The notes under the pieces are model-generated. The model worked only from the letters and a program-made list of their open reading frames with translations, did no database searches and was not told the DNA's origin. A stretch of DNA of 64,000 bases from Nitrosopumilaceae archaeon. Lineage in GTDB: Archaea; Thermoproteota; Nitrososphaeria; Nitrososphaerales; Nitrosopumilaceae. Where the stretch lies: positions 1,472,001 through 1,536,000 of the forward strand of contig CBDCCK010000002.1 of assembly GCA_965214835.1 (NCBI GenBank), given 5' to 3'. A program made the position numbers and the translations under genes. This document shows positions 1-11,900 of the stretch, in pieces (position 1 is the stretch's first letter; every line of letters begins with the position of its first letter).

Positions 1-331
1 AGACATGACCCTGCTTGGAATGTTTAGCACTGAAGGCTGGCAATTTTAGTCTAGAAAGACGCACATCTGCAAGGATTTTCTGCACTACACGAGCTTTGCG
101 TATGTCGACGAGCAAAGGCCCTTGAGGCATCCCATGATCAGGTGCCCGTGCCGGCAGCAGATGGCCCTCGGAAATTCATGATTGCAAGCATGATTGTGGA
201 TCCCCCCCGGCCTGCACCTGCGCATGCCGCCGGTTCCAATGGCCTTCCTTGGCAGGGGACAGGGAGACACAGAGAAGCGATCCGCAATTAAATTACGAAT
301 GGCAGGTTGCAGTTGCCTTCTGCCGTGTCTC

Positions 332-857
332 TCAGGTCGCAGCGGCTATCCGTCCCAGTATCCTCGGGCTGACCAGCCCGCACACGATGCTGCCGGCCAG
401 ATCGTACCTTCGGAGCCGGTTTCTGTAACTGCAGCTCATCATCTTGAACGTCTTGATCCTGCGCATGACGTTTTCCACGAACACGCGTATCTTTGAGTGT
501 ATTCTGTTGTACTCTCTTTGCTCGTCGGTCAGCCTGCCGCCAGGACTCTTCTTGATGGGAAGTATCACCTCGGTTCCTGCATAGACGTGCTGCGCACCCT
601 GGTATCCGAGGTCCATATAGTGCCGCAGCTTCTCGCCGTCACTGCCGCCGCTCGAGAACGTGGGATGCTTCATCTGGCATATGCTGATGTCGTTGACGCG
701 CCCCGGCGAGTGCGGGGTCTTGTGAGCTGTGTTGCCGCGTATGCCGATCGTATACTGGGCCTTGGCCGTGTGCGTGCCTGCCTTGCCCGAATAGTGCGAC
801 TTTTCCATGTCCTTTCGCCCGGGCCTGCTTATCTGCTGCTTGGAGGCGTCAGTCATG
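332..857 (-). pseudogene. IS5-family (ISL2-group-like, DDE_Tnp_4) transposase C-terminal fragment, truncated by the adjacent IS110
   Basis: ORF 332..916 has HYSGKAGTHT, DLGYQG, LPIKKSPGGRLTDEQREYNRIHSKIRVFVEN..IKTFK motifs; the first ~20 codons lie inside the IS110 left end. Confidence 0.75.
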
Positions 858-2068
858 GTAACCATATGTGTCTCAAAAACGAAATTCAGATGGTGCCAAT
901 ATAAACGGCAGTGCAAACAAACAGATTACTGTAAAAAAGAGGAGATGCATGAAAAAGGCGGTGCAGCAGTATGTCGGCCTTGACGTGCACAAGGAGTCCA
1001 TCCAGGTCGCGATGATAGACAAGGACGGCAAGGTGCTGAGCAACACAAAAATCAGCAACAAGGACAGCGAGGCAAGGGGGATATTTGCAAAGATCCCGGA
1101 GAACGCCAGATGCGTCATGGAGTCATCCTCCGTGTGGTACGGGCTGTTCAGGTTCATTGCAGACGATCTCAAAAGAGACGTGATCCTCTCAAACCCGTTT
1201 GAGACCGGGGCAATTGCGACATCAAGGAAAAAGACCGACAAGGTCGACGCGCAGATCCTGGCAGACCTTCTCAGGGGAGGATACATAACCAAGTGCTACG
1301 TTCCGTCCGGCAAGACGGTACAGAACAGGCAGCTGACCAGGCACCGCGCAAAGCTGATACAGTCAAGGACCGTACAAAAAAACCAGATACACGCGATACT
1401 GCTGCAAAACAGGATACGGATAAGGGGGGATCCGTTCTCGGCACCGTGGATCGCAAGGGTGAGAAAGCTGGACAACTTTAGGATAGACGACAGGCTGGGA
1501 GTAATTGACTCTATAAACGACAGGGTAGCACGCACAGACCTGCGCATCAAGGACGCAGTGGCCGACAGTCCTGATGCCGTCCTACTGACATCGGTTCCGG
1601 GGTTTGGCAGGTACACTGCGCTGACCCTTGCATCAGAGATAGACGGCGTTGACAGGTTTGCCGACTCGCACAGGCTGTGCGCGTATGCCGGACTGGTGCC
1701 GTCGGTGAGAAACTCCGCAGACACCGTCCACCATGGCAGGATAACAAAGAGGGGCAGCTCCATGATGAGGTGGCTCCTGGTGGAGTCGGTGCACAGCCAC
1801 GTAAGATACACGCCGCCAGCCTCGCCCATATCCGTCTTTTACAAGAGGATTGCAAAGAAGAGGGGCAGCTCCAAGGATGCGGTGGCTGCCGCATCCAAGC
1901 TGTTGCGCATATCATACTGGATGCTAAAGAAGCAGATGACCTTCGAGCAGTGCATGGGGGATGCGTGAAATGAATGTCGTCATAATTCAGTCTTCCCGGA
2001 ACTCCCTGCAAAACGGCCTAAACCCGAAACGGTTCAAGCAAGGCTGCCTAGACCCGCATATGGTCGTC
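858..2068 (+). mobile_element. IS110/IS1111-type insertion sequence
   Basis: Left end GTAACCATATGTGTCTC is shared with the copy at 40472; ACCATATG (861-868) is inverted at CATATGGT (2057-2064); right boundary uncertain. Confidence 0.65.
949..1968 (+). CDS. IS110-family transposase (DEDD RuvC-like + Tnp20 domain), apparently intact
   Basis: YVGLDVHK, MESS, KTDKVDA, VPGFG, YAGLVPSVRNSA, GRITKRGS motifs; ATG at 949 follows GAGGAG. Confidence 0.92.
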   Translation: MKKAVQQYVGLDVHKESIQVAMIDKDGKVLSNTKISNKDSEARGIFAKIPENARCVMESSSVWYGLFRFIADDLKRDVILSNPFETGAIATSRKKTDKVDAQILADLLRGGYITKCYVPSGKTVQNRQLTRHRAKLIQSRTVQKNQIHAILLQNRIRIRGDPFSAPWIARVRKLDNFRIDDRLGVIDSINDRVARTDLRIKDAVADSPDAVLLTSVPGFGRYTALTLASEIDGVDRFADSHRLCAYAGLVPSVRNSADTVHHGRITKRGSSMMRWLLVESVHSHVRYTPPASPISVFYKRIAKKRGSSKDAVAAASKLLRISYWMLKKQMTFEQCMGDA

Positions 2069-2138
2069 TGCACCGCCACGAGCAGGCTACTGGGAAGGCT
2101 GAGAGTCGCCTGGCTTGACTGGGACCCTTATGACGCCG

Positions 2139-2233
2139 GTACGCGGTCACGTCCCCCCCGCTGTCCGGGCATGGAAATCATAATTGTACGTGCCAATTTG
2201 TGCCTGATTGGCGGGGGGCAGGTGACCTCGTAC
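2139..2233 (-). mobile_element. MITE family A (IS66-type ends)
   Basis: GTACGCGGTCAC...GTGACCTCGTAC; reverse-complement homolog of 28102-28194. Confidence 0.8.
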
Positions 2234-2980
2234 CTTTTCTCCCTGGCCTTTTATGCACCCGGAGCGACTTTTCCTCCGGTCTTTTCCTCACATTTTTTGA
2301 TCGGTAGAGTCTAAAATAACCCAAGTACACCTGATCTTAGGCGGAACTAATTTTCGTATGAAACAGCATATGTTTTGACAACCTGCTTAATATATCATGA
2401 TCACGCTGATCAAATACAGTTCCTATATAACATCAGCATTATGAAAGGCCATCAACCCACACGCAGTGAACTTGAGGCCACAACTGCATCCATTACACGC
2501 AGAATGGGTACTCCGTACACACTTAATAATCACACCCAATTTAACCATGATATCATAATGAATGTTTTACACGCTGTTGTGAGGCATGATGTATGCCTGC
2601 CGATGTCCAGCAGTCCTTGGGGGGGGGGGGTCGATATGCCTGACTTGGCCCTGATGTATGCCGTGACTTTTTCCTGCTCATGTCCAAATAACCATTGGAG
2701 GGGGGGAAGGCCAACCAAGCCCTGCTGTCGGAGCAGGAGGACGACCCCATCCGGGAGGCTGTGATATATTGGCGTCCAGTCATGATCCTGGCGGCACGAG
2801 GGGGGCCGGTACGCGGCGGATCTGCATCCATACGTCCTGCGACAGGCAGTCTGCGCAGGACGGCAAGCCGGGCTACACGGGAGGGAACCGCGCCCCCGAG
2901 TCAGGAGGCGGTGGCCTGCCATAGCTGTCGCACGGCATCATCCGTTCCATCGCGCCCCGGCAGGAACAACTTTCATACAC

Positions 2981-5900
2981 TTGGTGTTTGTTGCGGCCGC
3001 CGTCCTGGGCCTTGCCGCCGCCGGGGCCCTGCAGGAGGGCGCATACGCGCAGCAGAGCGAGATCGAGGTAGTTGCCGTTGGCCAACTGGGCGATGACCCC
3101 TCTAGACTGCTTAACGGTGCCCGCGGCGTGGACGTCTTTACCATAGACGGTAACACCTACGCCGCAGTAACCTCGGAGGTCGAAGGCGGCCTCCAGATCG
3201 TAGACGTCACCAATCCCACGAGTCCCACCCCCATCAGCAGTCTGAGAGATGATGGTGCCACTACGGAACTTGGTGGCGCTTACAACGTGGACGTCTTTAC
3301 CATAGACGGTAACACCTACGCCGCAGTGGCCTCCGGCGGCGACGACGGCCTCCAGATCGTAGACGTCACCACCCCCAGCAATCCGGCCGCCTCCGGCAGC
3401 CTGGGCAATAGCAACACTCTGGAGCTTAACAATCCTCGCGGCGTGGACGTCTTTAAGATAGGCGGTAACACCTACGCCGCAGTGGCCTCCCGCGACGACG
3501 ACGGCCTCCAGATCGTAAACGTCACCAATCCTGCCAGTCTGACGGCTGCCGGAAATCTGGACGATGACAATTCCCTGAGACTTGGTCGTGCCGTCGACGT
3601 AGCCGTATTCGAGATAGGCGGTAACACCTACGCCGTAGTCGCCTCCTCCAGCGGCAACGGCCTCCAGATCGTAAACGTCTCCGATCCTGACAATCCCGAC
3701 CCCACCAGTAATCTGGGAGACAACAACTCACGGTTGCTCCGCGGCGCCAACGCCGTGGACGTCTTTGCCATAGGCGCCAGCACCTACGCGGCAGTCACCT
3801 CTCTCAATGAGAGCGGCCTCCAGATCGTAAACGTCACAAACCCGGCCCAGCCTAGGCCCGTCGGAAACCTAGGGGATACCAAGGACGCCGACGGGCTGCG
3901 GCTTGAAGGCGCCTTTGACGTGGACGTCTTTGCCATAGGCGCCAGCACCTACGCGGCAGTCACCTCCTTCAACGACGACGGCCTCCAGATCGTAAACGTC
4001 ACCGATCCTGCAAATCCCACAGCCGCCGGGAATCTTGGGGACGGGGGATCCAGGGAGCTTGACGGCGCCTCCGGCGTGTCCGTCTTTAAGATAGGCACCA
4101 ACACCTACGCCGCAGTGGCCGCCTTTGAGGACGACGGCCTCCAGCTGGTGAGGCTGGGAGCGGATACAGAGGCTCCCAACAGCCCGCCTGTTGCGCCTGA
4201 CGAGGCGGAAACCACTGTAGAGGACACGCCTGTAACCATAACGCCTGCCATATCGGATCCCGACACATCGGACACACCGGTGATATCGGCAGTAGACGAC
4301 CCGCCAAACGGGACTGCCACACATGATGGTACTGCCATAACATATACACCTGATCAGGACTATGATGGCACGGACACCTTCGGATATACCGTATCTGACG
4401 GAACAGACACGGCGCAGGGCACGGTAACGATAACCATAACGCGCGACAACAACGATCCGGTTCTGGGTACGATAGGCGACCAGAACGCGACGCCAGACAC
4501 ACAGCTGACCATAACGCCCACGGTAACTGATACTGACACGACTGACACGCACACTTATTCTATATCGCGCGGCACGCTGCCGGCAGCTGCTGTATTTTCC
4601 ACCTCTGACGGCACCCTCATCTGGACGCCTGTTCAGGCAGATGCCGGGCAGACCCACGAGGTCACCATAACCGTAAATGACGGCCGCGGCGGCACCGACT
4701 CGGAAACCTTCGATATAGCCGTGGCCGATACCGACCCTAACACGATCGAGATAACCCCAACCGGGAATCTGGGATACGCAGACGGGACGATTCTGCTTTT
4801 CACCGCCTCCGGCGTGGACGTCTTTACGATAAACGGCAACACCTACGCCGCAGTGGCCTCAACCGATGACAGCGGCCTCCAGATTGTGGACGTCACCAAT
4901 CCCGCCAGTCCCGCCGCCTCCGGCAATCTGGAAGATGGTGGCTCTAGACGGCTTTCAGGCGCCGCCGCCGTGGAGACCTTCATGATAGACACCAACACCT
5001 ACGCCGTAGTGGTCTCCAGCCTTGATGACGGCCTCCAGATTGTGGACGTCACCAATCCCGCCAGTCCCGCCGCCGCCGGAGGACTGGGCGACAACAGCAC
5101 CCTGCTGCTTTCAGGCACCCCCGGCGTGGACGTATTTACCATAGGCACCAACACCTACGCCGCAGTGGCCTCAACCGATGAGAACGGCCTCCAGATTGTG
5201 GACGTCACCGATCCCGACCGACCCGCCGCCGCCGGGAGCCTAGAAGATACGACTTCTATACGGCTTTCAGGCGCCCAAGACGTGGAGACCTTCACGATAG
5301 GCACCAACACCTACGCCGCAGTAGCCTCCTTTAAAGAAGGCCTCCAGATTGTGAACGTCACCAATCCTGCCAATCCCGCCGCCGCCGGAGGACTGGGCGA
5401 CAACAGCACCCTGCTGCTTAACGGCGCCTCCGGCGTGGACGTCTTTGAGATAGGCACCAACACCTACGCCGCAGTAGCCTCCCGCACAGACGACGGTCTC
5501 CAGATTGTGAACATCTCCAATCCTGACAATCTCACCGCCGCAGGCAGTCTGGGGAATAACGGATCTAGGGAGCTTAACGGCGCCCGCTACATAGATACCT
5601 TCATGATAGGCGACAACACCTACGTGATTATAGCGGCACGGGATGACAACGGTCTCCAGATTGTGAACGTCACCAATCCTGCCAGTCCCGCCGACGCAGG
5701 AAGACTGGCCGATAACAACGACTTGCTGCTTGACGGCGCCTCCGACGTGGCTGTCTTCACAATTGGCACCAACACCTACGCCGCAGTAGCCGCCTATGAT
5801 GACAACGGCCTCCAGCTGGTGAGGCTGGGTGCTGAGGCAGAGACTCCCAACAGCCCGCCTGTTGCGCCTGACGAGACGGCAACCACTGCAGAGGATACGC

Positions 5901-8900
5901 CCGTTACCATAACGCCTGCAATATCGGATCTGGACACGTCGGACACCCTGGTGATATCGGCAGTATCTAACCCGCCCAACGGGGCCGCCACCCATGACGA
6001 TGATACCATAACCTACACTCCCGATACAGACTATGACGGTACGGACGCCTTTACATACACGGTATCTGACGGAACGGACACGGCGCAGGGCACGATAACT
6101 GTAACTATAACGCGCGACAACAACGACCCCGTCCTCGGTACGATAGGAGACCAGAACGCGACGCCAGACGTCCAGCTGACCATAACGCCCACGGTAACTG
6201 ATGCCGACACAACTGACACGCACAGGTATTCGATATCGCGCGGCACGCTACCGGCAGCTGCCGCATTCAATACCTCGGACGGCAGCCTCGTCTGGACGCC
6301 GGTTCAGGCAGATGCCGGGCAGACCCATACGGTCACCATAACGGTAAGTGACGGCCGCGGGGGCACCGACTCGGAAACCTTCGATATAGTCGTGGCCTCC
6401 TTGGATCTGATCGATGTGACCCCAGTCGGAAATCTCAAAGACGACGGCTCCAGACTGCTTGACACATCCTCAGGCGTGGCCGTCTTTGAAACAACCGATG
6501 ACGGGAACGCCAGGGCATACGCCGCAGTCACCTCCTTTACAGAAGGCCTCCAGATTGTCAACGTCACCAACCCTGCCCAGCCTATGGCCGTCGGAAACCT
6601 GGAAGACACCGAGGGCCAGGACGAGCTGCTGCTTGACGGCGCCTTTGGCGTGGACGTCTTTACGATAGGCAGCAAGGCATACGCCGCAGTCACCTCCGGC
6701 CTAGACGAAGGCATCCAGATCGTGGACATCACCGATCCTACCAGTCCCAACCCAGTCGGGAACCTGAACGATACGGACTCCCTCCTGCTTGGCGGCGCCC
6801 ATGACGTGGACGTCTTTACAATAGGCGGTAGCACCTACGCGGCAGTCATCAACACCTTTGATGATGATAACGGCCTCCAGATTGTCAACGTCACAAACCC
6901 TGCCGACCCGAGGGCTGCCGGAAATCTGGAGGACGATAACGACCTGCTGCTTGCCGACAGTCAACACGTGGACGTCTTTACGATAGGCACCAAGACCTAC
7001 GCGGCAGTGGCCTCCGAGACGGACAACGGCCTCCAGATTGTGGATGTGTCGGATCCGGCCGCCCCGGCGGCTGCCGGAAATCTTGGCGACGACGGATCTA
7101 GGAGGCTTGGCGGCGCCCACGGCGTGGATGTCTTTACGATTGGACATAGAACATACGCGGCGGTGACAAGTGGCGGTGACGACGGCCTCCAGATCGTGGA
7201 CGTCACCGACCCGGCCGCCCCGGCGGCTGCCGGAAATCTAGGGGATGACAACTCCCTGAAGCTTGGAAACGCCTATGGCGTGTCCGTCTTTGAGATGGGC
7301 GGCAGCACCTACGCTGCAGTGGCCTCCTTTGGGGATGACGGCCTCCAGATTGTGAACATCTCCGATCCCGACAATCCGGAAGCGGCCGGGCAGCTGGAGG
7401 ACACCAGCGATCTGCTGCTTGCTACCGCCTTTGACGTGGAAGTCTTTACAATAGGTGCCGCCACCTATGCGGTGGCAACAGCTAGGGACGACCATGGAAT
7501 CCAGATAGTGAGGCTGGATGCGGCAGATGCCACAAACGCCCCGCCGGTGGCACCCGCCGAGACGGCTACCACGCCAGAGGACACGCCCGTGACCGTAACG
7601 CCTGCCATATCAGATCCCAACGTATCGGACACACCGGTAATATCGGCAGTAGTTGATCCGCCAAACGGGACTGCCATCCATGATGATACCACCATAACGT
7701 ACACACCGGATCAAGACTATGAAGGTACGGACACCTTCGGGTATACCGTATCTGACGGAACAGACACGGCGCAGGGCACCATAACGATAACAGTCACGCG
7801 CGACAACAACGACCCCGTACTGGGAACAATAGGCGACCGGACCGTGGTGGCAGGCGTACAGCTGAGCATAACTCCTTCCGTGACCGACGCCGACACGACC
7901 GACACGCACACGTATTCCATAAAGCGCGGCACGCTGCCGGCATTTGCCGCATTTTCCACATCTGACGGCACCCTCGTCTGGAGGACGACCCCATCCGATG
8001 GCGGAGAGACTCACAAGGTCACCATAACGGTAAGTGACGGCCGCGGCGGCACCGACAAGGAAACCTTTGACATAGTGGTGACCCCCGCAGATCCGATCGT
8101 GGTGACCCCAGTCGGGAGTCTGGGAGATAGCAGCACCTTGGAGCTTGACAATGCTCGCAATGTGGATATCTTCACGATAGGCACCAAGACCTATGCCGTA
8201 GTGGTCTCCAACGCAGACGACGGCCTCCAGATCGTGGACGTCACCGATCCCGACAACCCGGCAGCGGCAGGCAAGCTGGAGGACACCGAGCCGGACGGAC
8301 TACTGCTTGACGGCGCCTACAACGTGGACGTCTTTACGACAGGCGGCAAGACCTACGCCGCAATAGCCGCCTCCTATTCAGACCACGGCCTCCAGGTTGT
8401 AGATGTCACCGATCCCGACAACCCGGCAGCGGCAGGCAATCTGGAGGACAACGAGGATGCAGATGAACTGCTGCTCCGCGGCGCCCAAGGTGTGGATGTC
8501 TTTACGATAGGCGCCAAGACCTACGCGGTGGTGGCAGCCAACGCAGACGACGGCCTCCAGATTGTAGATCTCACCAATCCTGCCAGTCCTACTGCCGTAG
8601 GGAAGATGCACAATACGACCGCCCCGCTACTTGACGGCATCTACGACGTGAGCGCCTTCACGATAGACAGCAACACCTACGCCGCAGTGGCCTCATTTAC
8701 TAGAAACGGCCTCCAGATTGTAGATCTCACCAATCCTGCCAATCCGACTGCTGCCGGGAATCTGGTCGATGACGGTTCTAGGGAGCTTGACGGTGCCAGA
8801 GGCGTGGATATATTTACGATAGACAGCAACACCTACGCCGCAGTGGCCTCCATTGACGACGATGGTCTCCAGATCGTGAACGTCACCGATCCCGACAATC

Positions 8901-11900
8901 CGACTGCTGCCGGGAATCTGGTCGATGACGGTTCTAGGGAGCTTGACGGCGCCTCTGACGTGGATATATTTACGATAGACAGCAACACCTACGCCGCAGT
9001 GGCCTCACAGCACGACGATGGTCTCCAGATCGTGAACGTCACCGATCCCGACAATCCGACTGCCGCCGGGAAGCTGGGAGATGGAGGCTCCCGGGAGCTT
9101 AACGGCGCCCACGGCGTGTCAGTCTTTACGATAGGAACCAAGACCTACGCCGCAGTGGCCTCCTACTTAGACGACGGCCTCCAGATAGTGGAGCTGTCAG
9201 TAACAGATGATGTAAGACCCGAGTTCGCATCCGCTACCCTGGACGTGGACTTGGGTGTCATGACGGTCACCTTCAGCGAGACCGTGGACGTCTCGGCTAC
9301 CAGCCTGTCCCTGCTGTACGTCAGTGACACAAACGAGACAAACACCGTCTCGCTGGCCGGCGCCGACTTTGATGATGCTGCGGCCGATTCGGATACCATA
9401 CAAATAGATCTTGCAAGCTCACAACGGGCAGCGATCGATCTGATGACGGCCCCGCAGCTCGACATCGCCGCAGGTGCCGTATCTGACCTGTCTAGAAACC
9501 TGATAGACGCCGCGGCCGACAACACGATCACGACGGCCAGCCCGGACAGCCCGATACCCTCCGGAAGGCTGCCTGACAGTGCAAGTCTGATACTTGAAAA
9601 GTCCCGCAGCGTGGATACCTTTACAATAGGAAGCAATGTCTACGCCGTCGCCGTCTCCAACGCCGAGGACGGATTCCAGATTGTCGACATCAGCAGGCCC
9701 GACAAACCCAGGGGCCTCGGCAATCTGGTAGATTCTAACCTGCCTCAACGGCTGCTTGACGGCGCCCGCGGCGTGGCAACCTTCACTGCAGGCGGCAAGA
9801 CCTACGCGGCAATAGCCTCCCATGCCGACGACGGCATCCAGGTATTCAGCGTCTCGGATCTTGCGCATCCGCAGTCTGCCGGAAGGCTGGAAGATAACGG
9901 CTTCCGCCTGCTTGATGGCGCCACCGGCGTAACCACCTTTACGATAGGCAGCAACACCTACGCGGCAGTCACCTCACAGCACGACGGCGGCCTCCAGCTT
10001 GTAAATGTCACCGATCCCAGCAGTCTGACGGCACCCGGAAGGCTGGAAGACGGCGGCTCCAGACTGCTTGCTGATACCTCCTCTGTGGACACCTTCAAGA
10101 GGGGCGGCTCTACATATGCAGTAGTGGCCTCGTGGGGAGATGACGGCCTTGAGATCATAGACGTCAGCAACCCGTCCAGTCCTGCAGAGACGGGACGGCT
10201 GGCAGACGACAGTGACATGCTACTCAGGGGAATCCGCGCCGTGGATGCCTTCGAGGCGGGAGGCTCTGCATACGTGGCAGTGGCGTCACATGGTGAAAAC
10301 GGCCTCCAGATCGTGGACGTCTCGGATCCTGCCAATCCGTCACCTGCCGGAAAGCTGGCAGACGGCGGCGACCGGCTGCTTGGCGGGGCCAGCGGCGTGG
10401 AGATATTCTGGGTGGGCCAGGCCGTCTACGCCGCAGTGGCCTCCCAGTCTGATGACGGCCTCCAGATCGTGGACGTCTCGGATCAGGATAATCCTGCAGA
10501 GGCCGGATCCCTGAGGGACGGCCCGAGACTATCGCTTGATGCGGCCCGAGATCTGTCCGTGTTCACCCGCGGTGGGGCCCAGTACGCCGTGGTGGCCTCT
10601 GACACGGAGGGCCTCCAGATTGTAAAGCTTGCAGAGAGCACAAGGCCCGCCTTTGCATCGGCAACCCTTGACAGGAACACGGGGGCCATGGCTATCACGT
10701 TTGCCGATGTCATAGATGTCTCTGAGACAGACCTGTCAAAGCTGTACATCAGCGATATAAGCGAGACAAACGCCGTCTCGCTGGGAGGTGCCGGCTTTGA
10801 CGACACGGCAGCCGACTCCGATACGATACGGCTGAGGCTCACAGGCCCGCAGCTGGCAGGAATCGCCCCAATCGTGACTGTACAGCTGGATATCGCAGCA
10901 GACGCCGTATCGGACCTGTCCGGAGGCCATATCAGGGATTCACCGGACAACCCGATTACGACGGCCAGTCCGGACAGCCCGATCTTCTCCGGAATGCTGC
11001 CCGACAATACCCAGCTGCTTCTTGGCGGCGCCTACGGCGTGGATGTCTTTACGATAGACGCCAACACCTACGCGGTAGTGGCCTCCAGCGATGAGAACGG
11101 CCTCCAGATTGTGAATATAACCGATCCCGACAATCCGACAGCGGCCGGACGGCTTGCAGATGCCACCGACCTGCTGCTTGACGGGGCCAACGCCGTGGCC
11201 GCCTTTAGAATAGACTCGAGTACCTACGCCGCCGTGCCCTCCGGCAGCGAGGGCGGCCTCCAGATTGTAGATATAACCGATCCCGACAATCCGACAGCGG
11301 CCGGGAATCTTGAAGACACCGAGCCTGCAAACCCGGGTGAGGACGAGCTGCTGCTTGGTGGAGCCGGCGGAGTGGAGATATTCCAAGTGGGATCTGACGT
11401 CTACGCCGCAGTGACATCCAACACCGAGGGCGGCCTCCAGATTGTAAATGTTACAGATCCCGACAATCCGACAGCGGCCGGACAGCTTGCAGATGCCACC
11501 GACCTGCTGCTTGACGCCCCCCTCGGCGTGGATGTCTTTCTGATAGGCGGCAAGATCTACGCGACTATGACATCGACATCCAACGGCAAGGCCGGCCTCC
11601 AGATAATAGATATAACCGATCCCGACAATCCGACAGCGGCCGGGCAGCTTGCAGATGCCAACAACCTGCTGCTTGAGGGAACCATTGGCGTGGATGTCTT
11701 TATGATAGGCACCAAGACCTATGCCGCAGTGTCCTCCGTTGTTGAACACGGCCTCCAGATAATAGACGTCTCTGATCCCGACAATCCGGCAGCGGCAGGA
11801 CGTCTTGCAGACACCACCGACCTGCTGCTTAGAAACGCCCAAGGCGTGGACGTCTTTACGACAGAAGATGGCACCTACGCGGCCGTCACCTCCGAATTCG

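Noticed and set aside
1-330. Small ORFs at the window start
   Set aside because: No recognisable motifs; probably degraded IS-flanking DNA
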